Source: Eledone cirrhosa (Eukaryota). From it: a DNA stretch of 64,000 bases. Under the pieces are notes generated by a model. It worked only from the letters and a program-made list of their open reading frames with translations. It was not told the origin of the DNA and did not search any database. This document shows positions 13,008-24,489 of this stretch, piece by piece. The position numbers were made by a program, and so were the translations under genes. Numbering within the stretch: the stretch's first letter is position 1; each line of letters begins with the position of its first letter. The stretch spans positions 99,448,001 to 99,512,000 of the forward strand of contig OZ024740.1 of assembly GCA_964016885.1 (NCBI GenBank), given 5' to 3'.

Positions 13008-14519
13008 TGGTCTGAAAAATTATAAACACTAAGGAAGTAATTACATGGCATTTGATTATTAATATTATTTTTATCATTATTATTATTGTTATTATGTTAA
13101 ATTAGCCACTAAAATTAGAAGCCTATTTGGTTAGAATTCCAAGATGGCCACCACAGACACCTTGAAAAAAAGCAACATTGGTTTTTGGATTCAGTATGTC
13201 CTACAGTTTTCGGAAATGTGTAGTTTTGCTAATCTCCAAGAAATCTGAACGAATGTACCAATCGTTACATTATGAACTTGACTAATATATATATATATAA
13301 AGAAGAATCCAGGGAAACTGGCAGTGGTATTTTGGCAGCAAAATATATATGGAAGATGTACATGGGTTTGAATAAGTTCATAGGTTATGAGAAAAGTAAT
13401 CTAATGTTTCAGAATTCATCCTTTATCTGAAAGGGAAACACTATTATTTTTAATCTCTTTCAAATAAAACATCTATGGTGATAATCCATATATGTGAATC
13501 TTGGTTTAATGGGTTTCTATTTTTTGTTAAGAGAAAATGCTAGGAATCCAATTTGTTGTATATTTAAATGTAAAGTTCTCATTTCTTTTGAAGGATCAGC
13601 AAATGTGAGTAGCAACTTAAATGCAGGTGCTTTGGAATGTACTGCTATATATGTATTTGTATATAGGTACTTATATGTATATATAATTTTGTTTGAAAAC
13701 CGAATTACATTAAGTAAAATTGATCTCAAAATATTCAGGAATCGTTTCTTTCTCTAATTAAAAGTTTGGTAATAAAATTGTGTATGCTGAACAATGTGAA
13801 GTGCCTTGCAGGTGAAAGAGGTTTATTGTTTGTTTCAGTATTTCTTCTGAGAAAAACATGTAGGTAACATTAAATATTGTTTTAGAAAAATAAGTAGGTA
13901 ACATTAAATTTTAATTAATGTTTTGTCCTTTTGAGCCAAATATTGTTTTGTAATTCTTGATAATGTAGTAATATATCAACACAATTAACATACACTAATA
14001 CTAATAATATTATAGAAAATATATGGTGAAGTAGGGTCTGATAATGTGCCATGTCAAATAATTTAGAGACCTTCACCACTGTGAAAAGCAACAACAACAG
14101 CAAAAGAAAAAAAGAGAAAACTTTGCAGCTGTTGATACACATTAGCGTACATGATGCAGTCATTCTAGTTGAAAATTGTTACCTCTCACATTTCATGCTT
14201 CAGTGGCAACATTAGGAAAGATATTGAAATGCAGTAGAGTTATAGCTAACCAAATCAATGGGATGACAGATTAGAAGCTGAATATTCAATTGTTCACATC
14301 CTGTTTATCAGCATTGACCTGTATTCAATATCAAAATACTTCAGTGTCTCTTGCTAAGTTCACCTAGCTGCAAGTAGGTATCATGACTAAGTACAATTCA
14401 CTGATGCAAGCAACAAGTCCAGCAGTTTTTCATGTTATTGTGTAGTACCACATCAATTCTTATTATCATAAGCTATCCAGACATGACCATCATATTTTAT
14501 TGTTTTAGTATAGTCTATC

Positions 14520-14815
14520 TAACAAATATTCTGGCAGACAGAATTCATTCCTTGCGATGGTGAAAAGATGGAAGTTTGCCAGGTATGGTCATATATCCTG
14601 CCACAACTCCTTATCCAAAACCATCTTTCAGAGCACAGTCAAGGGAGGGCAAAGGAGAAGCAGACAAAAAAAAAACCTGTTCCCAAAACATCAAAGATCC
14701 TTTTACACATGATGATGGTGAACAAAGACCAATGGCAATGACCGACTGCAAAAGCATCTAGACTGTTGCCCCAATGATTGGTTGCACCAGCTGCGGGAAC
14801 ATGATGATGATGATC
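14520..14815 (+). mobile_element. 3' end of an RTE-like LINE
   Basis: Encodes HNSLSKTIFQSTVKGGQRRSRQKKTCSQNIK and ends in (GAT)n. Confidence 0.65.
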
Positions 14816-15281
14816 TAATTTATCTGTATTTGTACAAAGAAAGGATACCCTTTGTAGAAAACCTAGTTATTATTTCTAGCAAGTTAAAAGACAATCTAGA
14901 AGCTTTCTCAATAGCTCATAGTTTTTCATTGTTGTTGCTTAGCTCCTAGATCAACCCTGATTTAACATACCTATCCTATAATCTAAAGGTTTTTTTTTAG
15001 TCTTGAACACTCAATCTTTTTCTTTCTTTCTTCCATTAAAATAATCTATCTTAGATTATATTGTCTAATATTTCTTTTATTTTTCATAGCAAAGGATACA
15101 AGTTGAATAAAATTGTGCTACTATTTCTAGTCGGGGATGAATATATTTTTTTTACTATGTTGTAGTTAGCACCTTAGGCTGTAAAAAAGGCAACATAAAA
15201 CCTGAAATTAATCAGATCAGAAGCTTTACCTGACAAAACATTTTCATTGTAAGAGTAGTTGCTGATAATAACAACAGCAAT

Positions 15282-15475
15282 AATAATTGTTCCTACTTTA
15301 GGCACAAGGCCAGCAATTTTGGAAGAGGGGAAATTCAATTAAATTAACCCCAGTGCATTACTAGTGCTTTATTTTATCGACTCCATGAGGATGAAAGGAA
15401 AACTAACCTCGGCAGGATTTGAACTCAGAACATAAAGGGTCATAAGTAGGCTGTGAAGCATGTTGCTGGACACCA
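15282..15475 (-). mobile_element. SINE family A, long variant, diverged
   Basis: GGCACAAGGCCAGCAATT...CCCAGTGCATTACT...GGATTTGAACTCAG. Confidence 0.8.
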
Positions 15476-16029
15476 ATAATAATAATACAAAGTGTTAGGA
15501 ATAATTGCAGTGGATTTATCTTATCCTAATATGTCATTTGTACTTCTTTTATCAATCTCAGATGTATGAAAACCATGTTGAATTTAACAACACTTGAATT
15601 CAGTACACAGAGAGATTAACTAGATAGTCCAAGGCATTTAATATAATACTAGACCACCCGTAACTCATTGGGTCATGTTCACTTCAAAATAATTTTAAAT
15701 AATTATGATATACAGTCATGTATATAATGTGAAATGAAAATGGAAGGCCCATATATATATACGTATGTGTATATATATATGTATATATCAATGTGTGTGT
15801 GCATACATATATATATATATGTGTGTGTTTGTGTATGTGTGTGTATGTGGGTGTCTGATCTATATACATTGGTTATAGACACACACTCTCACATATATAA
15901 ATACACAACAACACCAGCAACTCTCTCTCTCTCTTTCTCTTCCATTCTCCTTCTCTGTCTCCTCTCCCTCTCGCTATGACTCTCTTCAATCTACTCTCTA
16001 ACAACCACTATCTCATTCTCTCTCTGTTT

Positions 16030-16228
16030 ATGAAGGTATCCAGGAAAACCCCATATCTCGGGAACCCGTGCTTCGATTTACACAAAACTTGTTTTATTCC
16101 ATTTGTATTCCTATTTCAGGGTAAACTTCCTTTCAAAATATTTTCACATTATGTGCCCTTCTGGCTGTATTACATTACAGACAAGCAAGCAAACAAGCAA
16201 TCACAGAGTTTTAGTTGTATATAGATAG
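16030..16228 (-). mobile_element. Possible 5' fragment of a non-autonomous Helitron-like element
   Basis: Minus strand begins TCTATATACAACTAAAACTCTG followed by (TTGC)n-like and TGTCTG repeats, resembling the 5' end at 57164. Confidence 0.35.
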
Positions 16229-16365
16229 ATAATTGAAACATTATAGTGTTAGAAAGTAATTGTTCTGGTTCTCGATATTCTGAGCTCAAATCCCAAAGAA
16301 GTCAACTTTACCTTTTATCCTTCGAGTGTTGATATATAAATTACCAGTCAAGTACTGGGGTATGA

Positions 16366-16469
<104 letters not shown>

Positions 16470-17034
16470 GAGCCTAGAGGTTGTAAGAAATGGAACCATA
16501 TTTAAACCAAAGACCTGGTTTCAGTGCTTGCCACAGAGTCAACACTGAAACTAAAGAGCAGATAGTGTTGTTAATTCTTTCATTACCATTTTCCTCATAG
16601 ATGACATTGCCTAAGATTTTTGAGTATTATTTGAAGATAATCAAGAATTTGTTGGGATTTAGTAATATAATTAACTTTTTCAAAATTTAGCTGGTCTTTG
16701 GAACATAACCTAAAGGTTCTTACATAAAAATCATGAAGGAATGTTTTAGATAACTATAAAGATTTTAAAATAAACAATATTGCGTTATAGAACTAAGGAT
16801 AGATTCAGGCAGTTTGGCATCAAAAGCAGTAAACTGGCTGATGGATTATAATTCTCACCCATGTAGATCACAACAGAACGATAATAAATACCACAAGGGT
16901 TATCATCCAACATCCCCAACAATTCCACCAATCCACTACTGGTCGATACTGGTACTTTGTTTTATTGACCCCTAAAACGATGAAAGGTAAATCTAACCAT
17001 AACAAGATTGGACTCAGAACACAGAGCTAGAACA

Positions 17035-17215
17035 AATAATTGTTTCTACTTTTGGCACAAGGCCAGCAATTATCCCAGTGCATTACTGGTGCTTTATCTT
17101 ATTGACCCCGTAAGGGTGTAAAGCAAAGTTAACCTCAGGGGGATTTGAAGTCAGGCTGTAAAGGGCCATATCTCTATGCTACAAATCATAGCATCCAATT
17201 GTCTACCAAAACCAA
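17035..17215 (-). mobile_element. SINE family A
   Basis: AATAATTGTTTCTACTTTTGGCACAAGGCCAGC...GGGATTTGAAGTC. Confidence 0.85.
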
Positions 17216-20151
17216 TCAACAGTAACAATAACAATTATCTATAATGCTAGCCAAAAAGCCACTAACGGGAAGGTCCTTGCAATGTCCCTTGTATAAAACT
17301 GGTGCATATTTTACTAAGCCCCTGGTATGTGGAAAACAAAGCCAATCCTTCCAGTATTTTAACTAAAAGTGTAAAATTGTGTGATTAAACTGTACATGGC
17401 ATTTGGTCTAGCAATCTTTTGAATCTGATACTTCATCAATTTCCCTCAACAATAACAGCAACAAAGAGAGAATGTGGTCATTTGATCTGTTAGATATAGC
17501 AGTCAAATCTCCCTCAATCTGTAATATAATATTTGTAATAGAACATATTGGACAGTGTTATCCAAAACACACTATTTCCTAAGAAAAGACGGTATGTTCA
17601 TGGATGAAATGGCCTTTTGACAATAAAATTCTTTACGCGAGGCAATAAAACTTATACACAGTAAAACTTTTTAAAATTTTGTTTTATGTCATAATCAGAA
17701 GAAAACTGACAGCACACAACCTTGCGAGGAGCAGCAGAAAATTATCCTAAGATCTGGTTTGAATGCTTACAGCAAAGAGGACTGCACTAAAACTATTGAG
17801 AAAAAAGAAAGTAATGTTAAATATTTGAAGAAAAATCTAATACTTACTAAATAGCAGGCCAATTTTTTAACTTTATAGGCTCCATGACAAGCTTTATGAT
17901 ACTAAATATGGGTAGTTTTTGAGGCAATGACTTATAGCCTCTTCCTGGAGCCAAAACTTTTTGTCACTTCTAATGACACAAGGATATAGTATATCTATTC
18001 TTATCAAGATGCACACAGTAAATTTATTACATACTAGTAATGGTAAACTAAGGCAGTAGATTGGCAAAATTGTGTGATAATCAGACAAACCATCTTTCCG
18101 ATATGTAGTTGTGGGTCTTTACATTCTGATTTCAATTCTTGTTAAGGTTAATGCTGCTTTTCACCCTTCTGTGATTTATAGAATATTTACGTGTTGAGTA
18201 TCAGTGATCGATATAATTTACAGCAAATGAAAGTATGCCATCTATACTTAGTTCTCTAGCCTGCTGTTCATTAACAGGCAGATACAGAATGTCAAACATT
18301 TCAGGCATACATGCACCACATCCAAAAAATATAGCAACATATGCCTCTAAAGGCATTATATTGTAAAAAGAAAAAAAACAAAGAATGAAGTCACAAAGAA
18401 TGACCATTCCACACATTATCCAGTTTACTCCTTTAACAGACAAACATATCTGGAGTAGGGCCTTCTCTAATAAAGTTACTAGTGACAGGTCTTCTACAGC
18501 ATCTTTGTTTTAATAATACATAACAGTTGAAGTAATGGAAATTGTTTCTGGATAGAGCTTTGTAAGGAATTAACACAAAATAATGTATCTGTGATAAAAG
18601 GTGTTAATAACAGATCCTTTACGTGACTACTGTACTTGCTAGAAATAGCAACAAAATTGCCATCAAATTACACCACAGACAAAAATATAATTGAAAACGT
18701 CTACACAAGATGTTTTAGGTAGTGATAAATTGCAGTCAGTGGTTCTCCATCATCTTCATTTCCAGCATCTTGGTCTGAAATTACAGAGGTACTAAAAAGA
18801 AATAGCAGCTAAAGATCTATTAAATAACACCCACCACCTTAAAAAGAAAGCGCACTTTGGACAATCTAGTCCTAGCCATGCAAGGCTCAAGAAAAAGAGG
18901 TGTTGGTCATGGCTGGAATGCATTGATAACAGATCTCTCTGATCTGGTCTAAACAACCATGCTACTAGATATAAAAAATATTTATTGCAGCAAATGAAAG
19001 TATTATGAGTTCAACCTGATATTTATTATACTTGTGTTGTTACAGTGTGACCTGCAATTTATTATACACTTGCATTGTTATATAACAGTACCCCCACATC
19101 CATAACTCTTACATTTCATACACAAATGAAAAAATAGACCTAATTAAACTTCATTAACTAAATTGTAATAATGAGCATCCAACCAGTCCGTGAATATCCA
19201 GGACTATATTATTCAACATGTACTTCTTTAAGACTCATGGTGTGATTAGTGTCATATTTTACTTCAACTTCAAGCAAGTCAGTGAAGAACATAAAGCCTC
19301 CTTCATTTACTTGTGCTATACATAGTATGCTGTTGTTACCTATCCCTTAGTTGGCCCGGTGTTGAACAGACATAGGAACAAAAAGATTGATATTGTGATC
19401 TATGGAGAGAAGACAACACATGACAATAGATGAGGATGATGATTATGACTGAAGTTAAATTAATGGACTAGTTTTGATACTCTCACCATTCTAAAGTAAA
19501 CAGCAGGATATGCAGAAAATAGTGATGGTCTGTGTTGCCAATTAGTGAACCATTCATACATATTTATAACTTTGTGATAATGGAACAAATCATTAATTAT
19601 GACACCTGTTCATTTATAATTTCAGCTCTGCAAAATTCATGCATGAGTTGTTTATATATTTGTTTTTTCCTTTCTTTAATCTTTTACATGAGACAAGTGA
19701 TAGGATAGAAGCAGTGAGAGTTCAGTCATATAGATGCATGTATCTTGTAAAGCTCATAAGACACTTACGTGAAATAAACCTTCCCTGATAAACTAGTACC
19801 TTATCTTTATAGGTAGATAAACTGAGTTATATATATGTGTGTGTGTATGCATGTATGTATGCAAAAAGAAGCAACAGAACCAACAAAGTAAACACAGTAC
19901 AATGAAAGAATATATTACTTTAACGCTTGATATAGAAGGAGAAGTGTTTTGTTTTTATTTTGGACACTTATCAGTAAATAGAATGAGAAAAAAATAATGA
20001 AATAGAAATAGAGGGAGAAGGAGGAGGAAGGTAAAAAAAAACGTTTAGGAGAAAAAGCGCGTGTTTATTCAGCCATCCATCCATTATATATATATGTATA
20101 AATCAGGAAAGATTGACATGGTTTGCTATACAAAAAAGGTTTTTAATCTCA

Positions 20152-20262
20152 TTGCTGACAATTGTTTCTCTGAACTGGTAGGTCTAGAGCTCGCTATTCG
20201 CTTGTTTTAACGTTACTCGATCGCCAATACAAAATTATAACCAGTCACTTCTTCAGAGCATG
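20152..20262 (-). ncRNA. Type I hammerhead ribozyme with extended stem II (intact core)
   Basis: Minus strand: TGCT-CTGAAGA-agtgACTGGT...ACCAGTtcaga-GAAA-CAATTG-TC-AGCA. Stem I TGCT/AGCA, palindromic stem III CAATTG, GUC triplet. Confidence 0.8.
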
Positions 20263-21147
20263 CGAGAATGAAGAGAATATACAGGCATGAAAGGAATATA
20301 CAGGCTACTATATGAAGTAGTAATGGCATTCAGTTACAACAATAACAACAATTACAACAATGCTATTAATAAATTATTTGAGGAGACCCTGACATTACAT
20401 TAGGTGGGGGGTATAGTGTATCTAAGATTTCGGCGTGTAAAACTAGCTGACATAAAGCAGAAGTATAAGTCTGGCATGTACGGAGTGTCGTAGGGTGTAT
20501 TGTATCAATTTTAAAGATAAGCCGGTGTTTACAGTCTTTCTTTTCATCTTCAATAACATACATGAATGGGACAACACTGTCAAAGCTAATACAGAGGTTA
20601 AGGAGGTAATACATATACATATATACTGTGGGCGAGTTAATACAGAGGTTAAGGAGGTAATACATATACATATATATATATATATATATACATATACACA
20701 CACATATATATATACACACACGCATGTGTACATAGACACATACATACACATCAATATACACTCGTACAAAAATATACATACATGCAAAGAGATAAGCGTG
20801 CTGATTGTAATTATGGCAAAAGGAAGGTAAAGTTACATTGTAGTAGTGATTTGAGAAATACTTGGATTTAGGATCAAGTGATGGCAGCAGCTGAGAAGGA
20901 ATAAGTTTATGGGTTGATGAGGTACTTACAGACATTTGTGTGGTATAGACCTGTGAAGGCTAGAGTGTACTTAATGAGTATATTTCTGTGGTGATTTATG
21001 CAGGGTAGTGGGTATCATAGTTTAAAGCTGTGTTGTGTTGGTTCGGTTCAAGGAGATTTGAATCTTATGAATTTAGTGGCAATTCTATGCCTGCAGAAGA
21101 TAGATCTTTCTAACTTATTGTTAAGTAGCCTTTTTATATTTTTGAGG

Positions 21148-21435
21148 ACATACCTGTACAGGCACTCAATGAAAAACCGTGCACTTATGGGTTCCACAAC
21201 CCTCGCCAAAAAAATATGGGAACTGAAGGAAAGCAGCACTAACTACAGTATTAACTGGTCGAAGTTGTCGGCTGCTAAAACCTATAGTACAGGTATGTCC
21301 CACTGCGGGCTATGTGATCTAGAACTGATGTATATCCTCAAAAATGTAAAAAGGCTACTTAACAATAAGTTAGAAAAATCTATCTTCTGCAGGCATAGAA
21401 TTGCCACTAAATTCATAAGATTCAAATCTCCGTGA
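21148..21435 (+). pseudogene. GIY-YIG endonuclease C-terminal fragment (Penelope)
   Basis: Homologous to the 4998-5276 peptide (LAxxIWxL, WS.L, CxLCxxE). Confidence 0.85.
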
Positions 21436-21778
21436 ACCGAAGCAACACAACACAGCTTTAAACTATGATACCCACTACCCTGCATAAATCACCACAGAAA
21501 TATACTCATTAAGTACCATCTAGCCTTCACAGGTCTATACCACACAAATGTCTGTAAGTACCTCATCAATCCATAAACTTATTCCTTCTCAGCTGCTGCC
21601 ATCACTTGATCCTAAATCCAAGTATTTCTCAAATCACTACTACAATGTAACTTTACCTTCCTTTTGCCATAATTACAATCAGCACGCTTATCTCTTTGCA
21701 TGTATGTATATTTTTGTACGAGTGTATATTGATGTGTATGTATGTGTCTATGTACACATGCGTGTGTGTATATATATA

Positions 21779-21817
<39 letters not shown>

Positions 21818-22189
21818 GTATATGTATTAACTCCTTAACCTCTGTATTAACTCACCCACCATTTAGCTTTGACAGTGTTGCCCCATTCATGTATGCTATT
21901 GAAGATGAAAAGAAAGACTGTAAACACCGGCTTATCTTTAAAATTGATACAATACACCCTACGACACTCCGTACATGCCAAACTTATACTTCTGCTTCAT
22001 GTCAGCTAGTTTTACACGCCGGTTTCTTAGATACACTATACCCCCCACCTAATGTAATGTCAGGGTCTCCTCAAATAATTTATTAATAGCATTGTTGTAA
22101 TTGTTGTTATTGCTCTAACTGAATGCCATTACTACTTCATATAGTAGCCTGTATATTCCTTTCATGCCTGTATATTCTCTTCATTCTCG

Positions 22190-22302
22190 CATGCTCTGAA
22201 GAAGTGACTGGTTATAATTTTGTATTGGCGATCGAGTAACGTGAAAACAAGCGAATAGGGATCTCTAGACCTACCAGTTCAGAGAAACAATTGTCATCAA
22301 TG
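22190..22302 (+). ncRNA. Hammerhead ribozyme, mirror copy with a stem I mismatch
   Basis: CTGAAGA at 22196, GAAA at 22284, GTC at 22293-22295. The 3' strand of stem I is ATCA instead of AGCA. Confidence 0.75.
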
Positions 22303-22521
22303 AGATTAAAAACCTTTTTTGTATAGCAAACCATGTCAATCTTCTTTCCTGATTTATTATTACTCCAAGTGTTTACAACATAGGAATTACAGCATACTCG
22401 CAACATCACTATGAAAACGCCTTGTTGAGTCAAACCAAGCCAAGCGTTGATATCATCCACTACCCGGAATACCATAACTGGACTACACCTAAGTGGACTG
22501 CATATAACTATTTGTTACCCC

Positions 22522-22562
<41 letters not shown>

Positions 22563-22565
<3 letters not shown>

Positions 22566-23375
22566 TATGAAGAGAGAAGAAACATTTAGATATAATTCTT
22601 TGTCTCTCTGTCTGTCTATTCCCTATCCATTCTCAAACAACTGGACCAAGTCAAATCAAATTTTACAAGGTAATAGTATTAGACACCAGGAGTGTCAACA
22701 TGTAATTTTCATTTTTATTTGGAATAAAACAATATAACATTTCATCTAAAATAATCTTTCTATAGTCAAATATAGTAAACCACCACAACGTCACATTTTG
22801 TATGAGTATGTGTCTGTGAGCATGTGTGTGTTTGTGAGTTTGTTACATACGTTAGGACTCAGGGACTTAAACACACACACACAACTACACATACATATAG
22901 CCCCGTATAGATGTCACATTTTGTATATGAATATGTGCGTGTCTGTGAGTGAGTGTGTATGCGTTCCTTAGGTACATCATTAAATGCAACACACACATCT
23001 ACATATGTATCGACTGACAAAAAAATTAGGTAAAAAGCTATGCGTCTGTCTGTGTGAATGTATATATGTGTGTGTCTGTCTTAGTATATGTATGTGAGTG
23101 TATGTGAGAGTGTATGTATGTGAGTGCGTAGCAATAATTTATTCATTTGGACACCAACAAAAAATTACACAATAAATATTGTTTACCCGAAGGTGCTTCA
23201 AGATTAACAGATTTTAATTTTTAAATTCTATTATCATTACAATTTTGATATTTTTTTTTGTAAAATATAGATATTTTGAAAAAATTATGATAAAAAAAAC
23301 AAATCTTCATATTTATTGTTTAATAATCTGAATAAGAACAGCAATAACCTGGGCAACGCCGGGTAATTCAGCTAG
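22563..23375 (+). mobile_element. Non-autonomous Helitron-like element
   Basis: 3' hairpin ACCTGGGCAACGCCGGGT followed by CTAG|T at 23372-23375. A (CTGT)n tract lies near the 5' end. Confidence 0.7.
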
Positions 23376-23387
23376 TGTGTATATATA

Positions 23388-23930
23388 TCATCACCGTTTA
23401 CGTCTGTTCTTCCACGCTAGCATGGGTTAGACGGGTTGTCCTGTTGTGGGCAGTGTCCAGTTAGCTGACCTTGACTTGCTCATAGGGGAACTGATTCTGG
23501 CTTGATTTCTACAGCTGGATGCCCTTCCTAACACCAACCTCATTTACAGTGAGTGCTGGGAGCTTTTTTTCCGTGGCGCCTACACGTCCACTTTACAGTG
23601 TGGGCTGGGTGCTTTTTTGCCATGCCACCTCCATGACCACTTCGCAGTGGAAGGGGTGGGGGCATATTGTCTATATGCTTCAGCTTCTGCTTGTAGCCAT
23701 GGGAAGTCGGGTCTTCTGTATTACTGCATGACGCCAGAGTTCACGGTCGTGTGTCATCGCCCTTATAGAGGTGCAATTGGGTAAGGTCAGCTTTTATCAC
23801 CTCATCCCAGGTCTTCTTGCCCCCCCCCCCCCCCCACACACTCCGCGGCTCCCATCGTCTTCTAGTTCTCTGCACCTTTTTATGCAGCTGTCATCCTTCA
23901 TGTGCATCACATATCCATACCAACGCAAAT
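23388..23930 (-). mobile_element. RTE LINE 3' fragment
   Basis: Similar to 2150-2710 (ATCATC...TTCCACGCTAGCATGGGTTAGACG...GCTGGATGCCCTTCCTAA). Confidence 0.85.
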
Positions 23931-23933
23931 ATA

Positions 23934-24418
23934 TCTCTAAGCTATAATGAAGTAAGGAGTGCGAGACTGCGTACGGTTTATAATTTTTTATCCCATTAGT
24001 AAAATAAATTGGATTACTTTGGATAAATAATGAATGAATATTACATAATTTATCTACTAAATTTTGTGGCTGTTGATTAAATATATTTCATTGTTTATTT
24101 AAAGATTCACTTTTTTTTAATTTTCAAATGTCAACATTTCCGGTTAGAGATCGCTTAAATAAACATACATATACTTCCGTCACTAATTTTCTCCCAATGC
24201 AGTTTATATATAATATCGTCTTTTTTCAATGTATCCTGGATTACGTTACTGATTACATAAGACAGTGTAACACAGTCTTCGTTCAATTTCTGTATATATT
24301 GTCAATTACGATTTTATTTGATGTATCATATCTACATGCATACATACCTGCGTATAATATCAATATACACACTACACATGCTAGCAGATAACCACCCGAA
24401 GGGTGGTGTTTCTGCTAG
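23934..24418 (+). mobile_element. Non-autonomous Helitron-like element (copy 1)
   Basis: Ends in the palindrome CTAGCAGATAACCACCCGAAGGGTGGTGTTTCTGCTAG|T. A second copy lies at 42460-42942. Confidence 0.7.
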
Positions 24419-24489
24419 TATATATAATAGTAGAACACAGGTGGGTTATATCCGTAGTAGTAGAGCACTGAGTCCAAGGGACGAGTTTG

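Larger units (their letters stand above)
6913..13284 (-). mobile_element. Academ (XPG-type, AcademX-like) DNA transposon, near full length
   Basis: Imperfect TIRs of about 140 bp (TAGTCCAGTTC... / ...GAACTTGACTA), inserted in (TA)n with ATA on both sides. The long minus-strand reading frame has DDE-like, XPG-like and Cys-rich domains. Confidence 0.88.
20101..22521 (+). mobile_element. Penelope-like element with about 1 kb near-perfect inverted arms
   Basis: 20101-~21145 is the reverse complement of ~21335-22335. The centre encodes a GIY-YIG C-terminus (STTLAKKIWELK...INWSKL...CGLCDLE...LLNNK...CRH). Each arm carries an HHR. Confidence 0.9.

Noticed and set aside
19940-19980. Possible HHR remnant on the minus strand (CTGATAAGTGTCC...ACAAAAC)
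   Set aside because: Both core boxes are mutated and the stems do not pair convincingly.
20366-22086. Mirror-image ORFs (20366-20935 / 21548-22086; 20998-21435 / 21282-21485) as duplicated genes
   Set aside because: They are by-products of the Penelope inverted arms and microsatellites; only the GIY-YIG fragment is real coding remnant.
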